Shown: positions 9,728 through 21,214 of the stretch, piece after piece | Layout: each line of letters begins with the position of its first letter | Numbering within the stretch: the first letter of the stretch is position 1 | Source: Macrostomum lignano | Taxonomy: Eukaryota | Length of the DNA stretch: 64,000 nt | Direction: 5' to 3' | NCBI GenBank assembly: GCA_002269645.1 | Contig: NIVC01003908.1 | Coordinates: forward strand, 6,187-70,186 | The notes under the pieces: generated by a model | Database searches by the model: none | Told to the model about the DNA's origin: nothing | Seen by the model: only the letters and a program-made list of their open reading frames with translations | Made by a program: the position numbers and the translations under genes

Positions 9728-9861
9728 TGAGTCAGCTTGGAGAGAGTTTTCCTGCCATTCCTGCACCAGAATAGAGGGGGTGCAGGTGTAGTCTCGTAGG
9801 CCTCGTAGGTGTTGTGTATTGCAAAGGCATGCGATGCGTAGGGGTAGTTCGGGGACAGCGT

Positions 9862-9957
9862 TTCTAGAAACTTCTACCGCGGACTTGTTTACGCATAGTT
9901 CCAGAAGTTTCCTTCCCCGGTCTTTCTAGAACTTTCCTTCCCCGCGTGCATAAATAT
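9862..9957 (+). promoter_or_regulatory. Three perfect heat-shock elements followed by a TATA-like box
   Basis: TTCtaGAAacTTC 9862-9874, TTCcaGAAgtTTC 9899-9911, TTCtaGAActTTC 9924-9936, then CATAAATATA at ~9948. Confidence 0.65.
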
Positions 9958-10949
9958 ACGAGCCGCCCTCCTATTGGCCAAGCCCTCTTTTGGTGCCACT
10001 GAGCGCCCGGATAATTATCTATATTGTTTCTGCGTTCGTTAATTCAACAACAGAACAGTAGGCCTCGTAGCTCGTAGGCCTGGTCTGTCTCATGCTACAC
10101 AGGCGTGCTGAACCCACCATGCATGCGGCGGCCGGGCTTTGCTCGTGCCCCTCCCCAGCCGTGCCCCCTGCCCTGTGCTCAGGGCTGGTTGGCATCGGCT
10201 GGGCCGGCTTTGGCGCGGGTGCAACCCCCCCCCCCTTCGCAGGGTTTTGATTGGCTGGCCGGCGCGCGGCCAGTCTCTATTTTTTGTAGTTTGCTCGTTT
10301 TGGGGGCTTAGCCGATGGGGCCATCTGCGCCAGGGTTTAGTTAGTATTTATTGCGTGACTCTGGGTTTTGCTCTCGCCCTGCGTTTGTTGATTTTTTTTG
10401 CGCTCCGAGATTGCAAGCGAGACTTGACTCAATTTACTAAGTAAGAAACAGCGAAATTAGCCAACCTAAATCAAAGAAACTGCGAGCGATCTGGGAAGGT
10501 TAAAATTAGTCACTTAGCCCCAATTGAGAAGTTTTTCGAGCTGCGCTTGAGACCTACGAACAAAATCAATAAACGTGCGAACAGTAATTTGGTCACTGGT
10601 AAGCCAACTGCTTGAGTTCACTCTTTTATGGGGAGCTTGTTAGGCTGCAGGGAGTTCTTGCCAGGGCGTCATAACGCCGGGAGCATATAGCTCGTACCAA
10701 ACTGTACCTCTACTTATAATATATACCCACTGTAAAAGCACTCGAGAGTGTCACCACACCGAGCCGCAGCGCGAACTCTGAGTGTCGCAACACCAGACGG
10801 AGCAACCTATTATCGCGGAGCGTCATCACGCCTGCTTGTATCCATATAAGTACTAGACAGAGCGTCACTACGCCTGTTATATTACATGTATGTAACCTAT
10901 ATTGTACTCGGGACTGGGCCCTCAGACCGACCCTGGTTACGACAAATTT

Positions 10950-12490
10950 ATCAGCATAAACTTAAAGAAGACCCTATGGCCGCCATGCTCGGTCGTGTCG
11001 CACCTGGTGCCAGTTTTCTAAGGACAGCTCGCGTCCGATTCGAGTGCTGCATCCCAACGAAAAAGCGCCATCTCAATCGCATTCTCGACAGCCGGAAAAC
11101 AAAGTTGCACTGCAACCGTGGTCGCGGTACGCAGTGCCGAGACAACATCAACCACCAGTTTGGAGTTGGACGTTAAAAGAAACAAAACCTACAACAAGTT
11201 TCTCGTGGACACTTGAGCCTCGGTTTACATCGTTTCACCTCAACTATTTAATGCACTTGTTCAAGATACAAACGTTCGTTTAATTACTACTGCCGGAGCC
11301 ACCATACCAGTTTGCATGTCGGTCCTACTGGATGTCTCAATCCGCAGTTTGCGTCGCGCCTTCTAGTGGACCTTTCTCGTGGCCTCAGTGGCAAAATCCA
11401 CCATTGGTTACGACTTCTTGGCTCACCATGGATTAGTTGTCTATTGCCGGCGCAAACACGATTTAGACTCAGAAACGGGATTATCTACTGTTACCTGGTC
11501 AATTTCAAATGTTCATTGTAGCCCATTCACTGTATCGGTTGGACTGCCACCCAACCTGGATTCTCGGACGAGCACGCTGTTCACAAATTGTTGCAGATTG
11601 TTTTTTTTAGTTGAAGGCAGAGCCCTTCCGCCAGCTTCAGAGGTCAAGCACGACACTGTTCTCCGGCTAGACACTGGTAGTGGACAACCGGTTCACTTGC
11701 GACCCCGGCAACTGCACCCTGCAAAAATGCAGGCTACAAAGCAGGAGTTGCAGCAACTAATCGATGCAGGCTACCTCAGACCATCCTCAAGCGCTTGGTC
11801 GTCACCCCTCCACATGTCACCCAAGGGCTGGCGTCAATGCGGTGACTATCGCGAACTGAACAAACCAACAAATCCTGACAACTATCCGGTTCCACAATTT
11901 CAAACCTTCACTACGTACCTACGGAAGCACTGTGTTTTCAAAGTTAGACCTCGTTCGCACCTTTCATCAAATTCCACTCGTAGAAGAAGATATCTGCGAA
12001 ACCGCTATCACCACACCGTTTGGATTGTTAAGTACACTCGAATGCCCTTCGGCCAGCGAAATGCAGCGCAAACATTCCAACGCTTCATCGACTCTGTTTT
12101 TTTTGACGGACTGTCATTCGTCATCTCTTGCATCGATGATGTCTTGATCTCCTCGAATACTAGGGAAGACCACTACTCGCATTTGGAACAAGTTTTGGAC
12201 CGCCTACGAACACACGGACTGCAGGTTCACCTGAAGAAATGCGAGTTCTTTCAATCTGAGGTAGATTTCCTCGGCCACCGCGTGACTCCAGAAGGAGTAA
12301 GACCTCTCTAGAATTAGATTTAAATAATCACTAACTGGCCGACACCCACTGATTCAAATGCACTTCGGCGCTTGCTCGGAGTCGTCGGTCTCCATCGCCG
12401 ATTCGTTTCAAACTTCGCTGACCGCATCTGTCCGCTGCAAGACCTACTCATTACATCACTAGTCAGCAGGAAACTTCCAATTGACAGAGT
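10950..12490 (+). pseudogene. Ty3/gypsy retrotransposon protease-RT, decayed
   Basis: FLVDT*ASV (protease, ~11200), [48 protein letters not shown] and FLGH. Confidence 0.9.
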
Positions 12491-12954
12491 AGCACATAAA
12501 CTCTTTTTATGTGAATGATAAATGAGCAACTACGGGACAAAATGAGATTCAAAGCTGATTTAGCACGAATGGAGAGATTACTGGCTCCGATACTAAGTGA
12601 AGAGCATCGCCAAAAAATACGTTTTCGGAACGATCAAGATCTGTAAAATCCGTCGTGGGAGGAGCAACAAAAGATTTGGAATTTTTGGCTGCCAAAGCAC
12701 AAGAGGAACAGGCCGCCAAAGCTTGAACTACCATCAACTTGGAGCAAGGATTTAAGCACGCCTCCAACGCCAGCACCTGAAAATAGGAACAAAAGGTTCA
12801 TTTTTTCCGGAATCCCCGATAACGACAACTCTGTAAAAAGCTCGTTATCGTGTAGTTAAAACAAAAACTTATTGAGACTCTCGGGTATATAAGCACCAGC
12901 CCGGAGCATCTGCGAGCGCCCGTACCTGCAAATTTTTCTAAACAGACAAGAGAC

Positions 12955-13699
12955 ATGGAGACAGTGCAAGACTTTAACTGCGTCAAGCGAGAGCTGCTGG
13001 CACTCAAACCGCGAGGTCCGAGCTTCAACGGGGTTGAAACGTTTGACATTGAATATGACGAACAGGGACCTCTCTACTTGGCCAATGCGGTCCCTGTTTT
13101 GATCGTCAAAGGTGTGCGTACTGACAACGAAGGTCGCGAATTCATCATCATTGCACAAAAACACATTGAAAGCTGCATACCCTACACTTTCAACACTGTG
13201 GCGGAGCACCTTTCCAGCGAAAGTCTAGCTCTGCTGGGCTACAACCCAGCATTTGGAGGTGACAGTGCAGCGTTTGGGCTGGCTCACGACTTTAAAATGT
13301 ACGACCAAAACGGTAGAGGATTACAAAAACAAGAGCGGCTACTACAGGATTCTGTTTACTCTCGACACGGCCGTGATTCGAGACGCTGTTTTGACCGCCA
13401 TGCCAAAAATTCAACAGCTACAGTTTGTCGAAGAAGCCAAACAGGCATTCGATCGTTGCTATTGGACGCCACCTCCAAAAATCAAGGTAGGCTCCAAGAA
13501 AGTAAGCAAGAAAGCAAAGAAACCACCAAAGCTTGTCAAGGAGAAGCAGCCAAAGGCGCCTAAAAATCAGGCCAGAAAGCGACAGCATCAATCGAAACTA
13601 GTAGCAGCCAAAGAATCAAAGAAGCGGTCGAAAGCCCCCAAGAAGGATACGAAAGTAAAAACTGCCGAAAAATCTACTTGCAGAACGTCGAGTGTGTGA
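12955..13699 (+). pseudogene. Unknown protein with Lys/Pro-rich C-terminal tail, apparently one gene split by a frameshift near 13310
   Basis: ORF 12955 (globular, ...FKMYDQNG) overlaps ORF 13253 (VEDYKNKSGYYRILF...KKVSKKAKKPPK). TATATAA at ~12885 upstream. Confidence 0.5.
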
Positions 13700-14148
13700 A
13701 CCGAGTGTTTTGCGCGAAATGGAGCCGCATGCCTGACTTGGACTGGGCGAGCGCACGGACATTTCGCAGACCAAGAGATCTTATCAATTTGCGAATAGGA
13801 AAATGTACAATCAACTTTTTTCAGCGTTCTTTGTCTGCAATTGTATTCGGTTGTCGCTCAGTCAACCCAGTTTTGCGTCTTTTTCCTCAATGTAAACCAA
13901 TTTCTGTTGTTGTTACCACTAGTACTTACCGCGCTGAAGTAGACAGATGGCCAAATTTTTTCCAAATTGCATACTCCGGGTCCCACTGGGTGAAGTGGGA
14001 GTGCGAAGTTTTCAATGGAATAGTAATAAAGTCTCCATTTCGCAAGGTGCAATGCGGAAAGAATGGCCGCCTTGTTTTTCTTGGAATACGAAGCTTTAAA
14101 GAGCTCTGTCAAATGTACGATCATGTGACTAGCGTTTTGCATGTCTAA
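13678..14148 (+). CDS. Divergent TATA-binding-protein-fold protein
   Basis: LQNVECV, TINFFQRSLSAIVFGCRS, WECEVFNGIVI and GRLVFLGIRSFKEL..YDHV..VL resemble the two TBP repeats. The start is uncertain (TTG). Confidence 0.6.
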   Translation: MQNVECVNRVFCAKWSRMPDLDWASARTFRRPRDLINLRIGKCTINFFQRSLSAIVFGCRSVNPVLRLFPQCKPISVVVTTSTYRAEVDRWPNFFQIAYSGSHWVKWECEVFNGIVIKSPFRKVQCGKNGRLVFLGIRSFKELCQMYDHVTSVLHV

Positions 14149-14288
14149 TCCATGTAGCTGTTGCGTAACTTTACTGTTTTACCACTGTACTGAATTTGTA
14201 TGTACGTACAAGCTGCTATGAAATTGTTTATAAATATATTGTGCATAAATTGCAGTGCACTGCAACCAACATCTTTGAGCTAAACAAA

Positions 14289-14645
14289 ATGACAAACGGA
14301 ATCTCCAGACTATGTTCTTGTCGCGGCGAGCTCGCAGAGCTCGCCAAAGCCCGTCCCACTCTTCGGCGGGCAATTATTCGAGGTGCAGGCAAGGAACTGA
14401 TTCATTGTCTCTGTGAATTGAGTCACAACGTACTCCGGGGAAATATCGATCTTTCTCCGAAACAGTATCTGCGATTAAAGCGATACAGAAGATCGTTGCG
14501 TGAATTGGCAGACACAAAATTGTCTATAAATAGGAAGAAGAATGTGCTTCTCTCGAATCCTCAAGTCGGTGGTTTTCTACCCATCCTTGCATCCGTTGCT
14601 GCACCGCTAATATCAAGCCTGTTTGGCGGACTACTTGGTCGCTAA
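14289..14645 (+). CDS. Maverick PW protein
   Basis: RRAII..A.KELIHCLCEL..NVLRGN..LS...L.RY...LR.LA and QVGGFLPIL followed by an amphipathic tail. Confidence 0.85.
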   Translation: MTNGISRLCSCRGELAELAKARPTLRRAIIRGAGKELIHCLCELSHNVLRGNIDLSPKQYLRLKRYRRSLRELADTKLSINRKKNVLLSNPQVGGFLPILASVAAPLISSLFGGLLGR

Positions 14646-14646
14646 A

Positions 14647-15392
14647 ATGAATAAATACGTTGTTGTACCAGAAGAAGAATTTAATAGACTAAGTCAAGGC
14701 GCACCCCGAGAAATTGCATCCAAAACAGAATAGGAAAACTCAGTGAATACAACACTCAACTCCAAAATAAACTAAGTCAGATCAAGCAAAAGAAGAGTAA
14801 TCGTTTTCCTGAACGACAACAACGAGTTTGGGACATGCTGACAGAAAGATACCCAAATTTGGAGTACAACAAGTCGTGGGAAATTGTATTTGATGGAAAA
14901 ACCTGGCCAGGAAGCAATATTTTCGATCTATTGAAGGAGATTACATCGAATGAAAGGCGCGACCGCCCAAGCCCAAAATATAGTACCGCTTTTTGGGCCC
15001 TGGCCGAAGAGGCAGATATTGCAAAAGCTCTACTAGGACGACGCCAACAAGAAGAAGTCAGTGTGAAAAAAGAAGTCGGCACGGATCCGGATCGAGACGA
15101 TTTTTTAGTCGAGCAAGCAATTGGAACTAATGATTTCTACAACGACTTCCACAAAGACCAAGCCAGTGGCCAGAATGAAGTTAAAAAATTTGAAGATCGT
15201 GGCAGCGATGCCTACAGGCATGCTTCATACCAACTTCGCGAACCAAAGAGGCGGCAGAAACCAGCAGTAAAATACGAGACGTTAAAAAAACTATACATTT
15301 TCATGATTTATAATCTGTTTTTGGATCATGGGTGCCGCAGCTGTAACTTCAAAGCTTTGCTCAGACAAACCGTCTGTGGAGTTCAAGTGTAA
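14647..15392 (+). pseudogene. Conserved Maverick gene between PW and INT (PM-like), frameshifted
   Basis: Begins MNKYVVVPEEEFNRL; continues WEIVFDGKTWPGSNIFDLL and ...P.....F. Confidence 0.55.
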
Positions 15393-15424
15393 TTACTTAT
15401 GCTGTGCATCGACTCTAGTCGCGA

Positions 15425-16489
15425 ATGAGGGTGAAAACCGCTCTTCGGAGAGTGTACGAACAGGGGGACGCCGCTTTTACAAATGCTGCCCGTGTATATC
15501 GGGAGGCCAAACGGCTGGTCCCCTCCCTGACGAGACGCCAAACCGACGAATGGCTGAAGACCCAATCGAGCTATACCCGGCACAAGAGGGTTAAAAGAAA
15601 ATTCCGAACCGGAAAAGTAATGTCGGGAGGCTTCATGGAAACTGTGCAAGCGGATTTGATGGACATGTCGCGATACGAACAATGGAATGATGGTCATCGA
15701 TATATTCTAGTTGCAATTGATGTGCTTAGCAAATTGGCTTTTTGCCAGCCAATAAAATTGAAAAGCGACACTCCAAAGGCTTTTGAAAGCATGATCAAAG
15801 ACTTCCCCATTAAGCCTTTATATCTACACGTTGATCGAGGTACCGAGTTTTATAACAATCGCATGCAGAACTTACTGAAAGCCCATAATATCAAAATGTA
15901 CAGTACAAACTCTGTATACAAGGCAAATATGGCTGAAAGGCTGATTAGGACTCTCCGAAAACGTTTAGCTCGCTACTTTGAGCATAAAAACACGTGGCGT
16001 TGGATCGACTATTTGCCAATATTGGTTAAAAGTTACAACACAGTACACTCTACTATTGATATGAAACCTTCGATTGTCGGTCTGCACAACCAAAAAGAAT
16101 TGTGGGAAAAGCTCTACAAGGATCCTGAATATGATGAACCAGTTTACCAAAAAGGGGACTTTGTCAGAATTTCAAAATCTCGTCGAGCCTTTGACAAGGA
16201 AGCATACGATATGTACAGCGAAGAAGTTTACGTTGTGTCTCAAGTATGCCCGGGACCGCCTCATTTTTATCGCATTTCCGACCTATCTGGAGAACAAATC
16301 GAGGGTCGATTCTACTATAATGAACTTTCAAAGACGGTTCGATCGGACCGCTTTGTTATAGACAAAATTCTGCGTCGCAATGTCGTCATCAATGGTGTTG
16401 CTCATCATTTCGTTAGTTGGCGCGGCTATCCCGAGTCGTTCAATGCATTTGTACCAGTTGAGGAAGTTATAAATATAAGACAAGGATGA
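15425..16489 (+). CDS. int: Retroviral-like (rve) integrase with C-terminal chromodomain, intact
   Basis: D(VQADL), D(HVDRGTEF), E(MAERLIRT); chromodomain IDKILRR...FVSWRGYPESFN. Confidence 0.95.
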   Translation: MRVKTALRRVYEQGDAAFTNAARVYREAKRLVPSLTRRQTDEWLKTQSSYTRHKRVKRKFRTGKVMSGGFMETVQADLMDMSRYEQWNDGHRYILVAIDVLSKLAFCQPIKLKSDTPKAFESMIKDFPIKPLYLHVDRGTEFYNNRMQNLLKAHNIKMYSTNSVYKANMAERLIRTLRKRLARYFEHKNTWRWIDYLPILVKSYNTVHSTIDMKPSIVGLHNQKELWEKLYKDPEYDEPVYQKGDFVRISKSRRAFDKEAYDMYSEEVYVVSQVCPGPPHFYRISDLSGEQIEGRFYYNELSKTVRSDRFVIDKILRRNVVINGVAHHFVSWRGYPESFNAFVPVEEVINIRQG

Positions 16490-16523
16490 ACACACATACA
16501 CTCGAAACGTGTAGTATATTACA

Positions 16524-17672
16524 ATGCATCTATTCCTACCTAGCAATGCGTGCGTTGAGCACTATCCTGAGAATAATTCGGCACATTATAGCATTAATTT
16601 GCCCGACACCCTCCACTTTCCGAATCATGAAGTCTGCATCGAACGGATCTACTTTTGTAAAGAATTCAAAACCGTCCCCGATAATCGAATGGTTGATGTC
16701 CTGACCAACGCTCCCGAGAATGAAGTGATTGACATTGAGGTGAGAGAAAAACCCGCCTCCACGTATAAACAGTTTGCGTCGGTTTCTCTCGCCGCGGGGC
16801 TATCAACAGCCAACGAAGTGGTTGATGCAATCATCGCCGCTCTAAAATATGAGCAAGACGATAATGCGATGATTTGCATTGAGCGTTCACAGGAAGGCCA
16901 AATTTCAATTGTGAACAAATCATGGTACGGTGCGAACATTAGGCTGTCCAGTAATGTGTGTAGCATGTTTAAAAAGGTTGACGACGCTGGAAATAAATCA
17001 AATATCGAAGTAACGACTTTTTTATTAAACCCAAGAAATTCTTTAGTATTCGCTATAGAATTGGAGTCCTCCTCCATAGAGATTCCCATGACTCTAACGT
17101 TTGAAAAGAGTGTCTGGCCTTCTAGAACGTCACTGCGGATTGCTAAAGGGTTCTACCGCACGCCTGACGAGCTCTTAAATTATGTTAATGGAGCGCTTTG
17201 GAGCGTCGTTTCAAAGCTCCCAATAAGTCCAGCGACGAGAGTGGATGCATTCCGCTACAACCCTTTTCTGAACCGGTGTGAGTACAAACCCATTGAAAAC
17301 ATTTTATTCGACATTGGAGAGCTTGCTGCCATTCTCGGCTTTCGCGAAGATGTTTTCAATGAAACTCCAAAGACGAAACGACCAATCGATTTAACAAATG
17401 GTGTACAAACTATGTACATCTATTCAAATATTGTCGACTCTGCCATTGTTGAAGACGTCAAAGTCCCCCTGCTTGGGGCAATTTATTTGAATGAAAATGT
17501 ATACGGCGAACGAGAGTACTGCGAGTTTGTCAATCCATCCTACTTACCGTTGGTGAAACACCCATTCAAAACCATTGAGGTGCAAATCTGTGACGACATG
17601 GGCAAGTTAATGGATCGGATTCTTCGAGGCAAAACTGTTTTATCGATCAACATTCGTGAAATTAAGCTATAA
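16524..17672 (+). CDS. Minor capsid protein (penton, PX)
   Basis: LFLPSN...YPENNSAHYSINLP at the N-terminus; MYIYSNIV....V.D..VPLL and EF.NP.YLP at the C-terminus. Confidence 0.9.
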   Translation: MHLFLPSNACVEHYPENNSAHYSINLPDTLHFPNHEVCIERIYFCKEFKTVPDNRMVDVLTNAPENEVIDIEVREKPASTYKQFASVSLAAGLSTANEVVDAIIAALKYEQDDNAMICIERSQEGQISIVNKSWYGANIRLSSNVCSMFKKVDDAGNKSNIEVTTFLLNPRNSLVFAIELESSSIEIPMTLTFEKSVWPSRTSLRIAKGFYRTPDELLNYVNGALWSVVSKLPISPATRVDAFRYNPFLNRCEYKPIENILFDIGELAAILGFREDVFNETPKTKRPIDLTNGVQTMYIYSNIVDSAIVEDVKVPLLGAIYLNENVYGEREYCEFVNPSYLPLVKHPFKTIEVQICDDMGKLMDRILRGKTVLSINIREIKL

Positions 17673-17716
17673 ATAAAGAAGTTTTCACGAATAAAAGGTA
17701 GCAACTGATCGACAAT

Positions 17717-18085
17717 ATGCCTTCAATCTTGATCGGAGGAGCTTTACCGGTATTTTCCGGTGCACAGCGCGGCAACGGCCTGTTTAGCAGCATTGCCCGA
17801 TTTGCCCTGCCAATTTTAAAGAGTTTTGGCAAAAATATTCTTCGCCACGGAACACGAGCCCTAGCTACAACAGTTAACGACACACTCGATCAAGGCGGGA
17901 ACTTGAAAGAAGCAGCATTGCGTAACTCTGTCCAGGCAGCTAAAGATGCTTTCAAGGACACTGTCACACAACGAGGTAGCGGCAGACAAAGACGAAGAAA
18001 AATGACTAGCAAAAAAACGAGAAAAAGACTGCAGCATTCTGACATTTTCGACTCTATAAATAAAAAAACCCGTGCCAATAACTGA
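17717..18085 (+). CDS. Maverick PZ protein
   Basis: LPVFSGAQRGNGLFSSIARFALPILKSFGK; QRGSG followed by a basic tail. Confidence 0.8.
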   Translation: MPSILIGGALPVFSGAQRGNGLFSSIARFALPILKSFGKNILRHGTRALATTVNDTLDQGGNLKEAALRNSVQAAKDAFKDTVTQRGSGRQRRRKMTSKKTRKRLQHSDIFDSINKKTRANN

Positions 18086-18128
18086 TCTGTCTATTAGAGC
18101 ACCACACTAAGCCGCTGTTGAAAGAAAA

Positions 18129-19411
18129 ATGACTGAGTGCCTGTGTACAAAGTCGGAATTCGAGCTATTTGCTCCTCGCGCCCACCAAATTGCAGCAATT
18201 AGCGCTACCACTGAAGAAGTTCACCCTGTTGCCAGTGTTGAAAATGCCAGCGTGGTCGAATTTAGGATTGTTGGTGGTGAGACGTTTATCGATCTTAACG
18301 ACATTGACCTCGAGATTAAGGCCCGCGTTAGGCAATCTAATGGCACAAATCTTGCTGCTGATTCGAATGTTGCGCCGGTCAATTACGTCCTTGAAAGCAT
18401 GTTTAAAAACGTCACGTTGACAATCAACGGGACACACGTAGAGTCGAGCAATAACAACCACGCTTACAAGGCCTATATTCGCACGTGTTTGAATTACGGA
18501 CACGATTCAAAAACCAACCAACTGAGAATGATGGGCTACGCAAAGGACGCTGGAGGTCAAATGGCTGTGGTTGGAAATCCTGGCTTTGTAGCCCGCAAGG
18601 CGATGGCGGCAAACTCACGCACCTTTCACCTTTATGGACCTCTTAGTTTAGACTTTTTTGTTACCAACGACCGAATGCTACTGCCATACACTGATATGGT
18701 AATTACGCTGACCATGCACAATTCCGGGTTCGTTCTGGAAAACCACGCGGACGGGGTTGATGCGCGGCTAGTACTCGAGAGTGCCAAACTACATGTGCGC
18801 CGCGTCAAGGCAAACCCCCAATTGGCATTGGAGATTGAAGAACAACTAGGCAAACAGAATGCAATCTATCCGATTGAGCGACTTGTTGTGCAAAATACTT
18901 CAGTGGCTGGCGGTGTTCGGACATGTAAATCAATAATATATTTCCTGAACAAAAGCCTAAACTAGTGGTTGTTGGCATGGTGAACAGCGGCGCATACAAC
19001 GGTGTGGCTACACATAACCCGTTTAATTTTGAGCCATTTGGTGCCGACAGTGTCGCTCTGTATAAGGACGGAGTCAGTCTGTGTGGACAACCGTTTACTC
19101 CTCGATTCGGTGTTCATAACTATGCTCGCGAGTATGCCATGCTACTAAAAAGCCTAGGAAAGATGAATCGGGACCTGGATATTGACGTATCATATTCCGA
19201 CTATGGAGCTGGCTACTGCTTCTTCGCCTGGAATCTCATGCCCGACATGGAGCTGGGCGGGCATAGCATGCCTCGCGAGCGAGGGAATCTGACGCTACAA
19301 ATAAAGTTTTCTGCTGCCTTGGCCGCAGGAATCAACGTGTTGGTGTTTGGCTACTTTGACAATACTGTGCAAATCACTCGCGGTCGTCAGGTTATTCTAG
19401 ACTACGTGTAG
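18129..19411 (+). pseudogene. Major capsid protein (PY), single frameshift near 18927
   Basis: CTKSEFELF, HPVASV, IDLNDIDLEI and SMFKNV; P.LVVVGMVNSGAYNG...NPFNF in the second frame. Confidence 0.93.
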
Positions 19412-19458
19412 AAACAAACATTTTTTTATTCCCAAATAACGGCCATATTCATGCCGAT

Positions 19459-19908
19459 ATGAATAGTCTAGATATATTAGAACGTCTAATACTGCCTGTC
19501 CCTGTTCGAGTAACACCCGTTGACAGGATTCCGCAGCCTGTTTATCCTGCTGCATACGTGATTAACTTTGACACTGGCAATCTACCAGGCACTCACTGGG
19601 CTTTAATTTGTCTTCATGCCGATGAGAGCGTGAAATTTTTTGACCCCTTGTGTATCGATCCTGTGCCAGATTTATTAAAGTTGTGGATCGCAAAGTATGT
19701 CTCCGCGGAGGTTGCAATGAACCGGCATCCTGTACAGCATCCGCTGAGTGTGACCTGCGGGGCTCATGTAATATTTGTGGCTGAAAAACACTTTCTGGAG
19801 GGTCTGTTAATTGAAAAAATATTGCGCGACTGTTATAGCACAAATCTTTACGAGAACGACTTGATGGTGCAGAATCACTGTCTACAAATAAAGCAGCATC
19901 ATCCATAA
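19459..19908 (+). CDS. Adenain-like cysteine protease
   Basis: YVINFD...PGTHW, FFDPL and VQHPLSVTCG. Confidence 0.92.
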   Translation: MNSLDILERLILPVPVRVTPVDRIPQPVYPAAYVINFDTGNLPGTHWALICLHADESVKFFDPLCIDPVPDLLKLWIAKYVSAEVAMNRHPVQHPLSVTCGAHVIFVAEKHFLEGLLIEKILRDCYSTNLYENDLMVQNHCLQIKQHHP

Positions 19909-19931
19909 ATATGATTGGGCGGCCTATCAAA

Positions 19932-20559
19932 ATGTATCAAACAATAGACCCTGATTCTTTAAAATTTGCCCCCAAAACGTTGGCAATTTTTGCTGGGGTG
20001 GCTCAAAGCGGCAAGACCACACTTGTAAAAAACCTATTAAGACAAGAATTTTTTCAAGATCCGAAGCCGATTCGCGTAGACTGGTTTGGTCATTATCCGG
20101 ATCCTGAACTGTTTGAATTGCCGTACCCTGTAAATTTTCGTTCGTGTACATTTGATCCTGAACAATGTCCCTGAACCAAATATTCTGCTTGTCGTCGACG
20201 ACCAAATGCATGCCATGGAAAAGAGTGGCGCTTTTACAACTTTTTTCACGCGCAAAGTCTCCCACGTGGGGTTCCGACTTTGGTATCTTGTGCAAAACCT
20301 GTTTGCAAAGGGTATGGAGCACCGAACTCAGTCGCTCAATTCGAACTACCTTGTTTTATTCCGCAATGTACGGGATGCCAGCACAGTGTCTCATATTGCA
20401 AGGCAGCTGGTCCCCACTAATCCGAAAAGTTTTGTCAAAACGTATGAGGATGCTACTCGCGACCCCTACTCATACTTGATTGTAAACTGTTTGCAAAATG
20501 CTCCTGCTCGCTATTATTCAAACGTTTTGGGTCGTCACCCAATTGTGTATGCTAAATAA
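19932..20559 (+). pseudogene. A32-like packaging ATPase, frameshift near 20160
   Basis: GVAQSGKTT; LLVVDD; FTRKVSH; YLVQNLF; SLNSNYLVLFRNVRD. Confidence 0.92.
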
Positions 20560-21214
20560 ATCGTATACGTATCAAAGCTCGGCCGGCTTTTTGTGTAAAT
20601 ATATATATACGCCTTTTGAAAACTTATTTGGGAGAGGGGGTTGGGGGATGACGTAATTGTCTCGGAGTGTCGACGAGGGCTGAATTCTAGAGAGTGAAGT
20701 ATGGAAGGGGTGGATATAACAGTGTGGACAGCAGCCATTTACTGGCTGACTGACTCATCATGCCTCCGCGCGGGGGCCGCCAATTAATTGTGAGGGGCGA
20801 CAGAATATTTTCTTGGATGGGTGGGCGCTACAGTTCTGTGCGTACACGAAGTTTGGGTTTGATCGAACAGCTATGGGGTGGGCGGACGCTACAATTCTGT
20901 GCGTACACCAATTTTGGGTATGATCGACAGTTAATTCTGCGCTACACCAATGCTGCATTGTGCGGGGCTGGGGGCGCGCGCGTTTCTACGTACAACGGCT
21001 ATGGTGAAGCGCTAATTATGCGTACTATATTGTACTCGTCGCTTCTGTACGATACAGTGTACACTGATTACATGTATAATTAGATTTACATGAGAGCATA
21101 AATGTCTCACATAATGACTCTGGACCAATTAGAATCGGTCTAATGTATTTAGATAGGCGTTGAATTTGCATTGGCTCTGACACCCACCTCACCTCCAAAA
21201 CCCAGCTCTAACTG

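Larger units (their letters stand above)
12520..20743 (+). mobile_element. Polinton/Maverick family B structural-integrase module
   Basis: Co-oriented PW, PM-like, INT, penton, PZ, MCP, PRO and ATP genes. Candidate right terminus ...GCAGCCATTTACT at 20743. Left terminus and pPolB not found. Confidence 0.85.

Noticed and set aside
9287-9766. ORFs in the subterminal TIR repeats (also 42632-43158 and 48304-48746)
   Set aside because: They are overlapping, repeat-derived frames whose ends are not conserved between copies.
10430-12560. Left TIR of family B
   Set aside because: No AGTAAATGGCTGC-like sequence was found, so the 20743 terminus remains unconfirmed.
18900-20180. Programmed frameshifting in MCP, ATPase, PRO or pPolB
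   Set aside because: The single-base shifts are scattered, often in homopolymers, and fall in different genes per family. Decay or sequencing error is more parsimonious; raw reads are needed to tell these apart.
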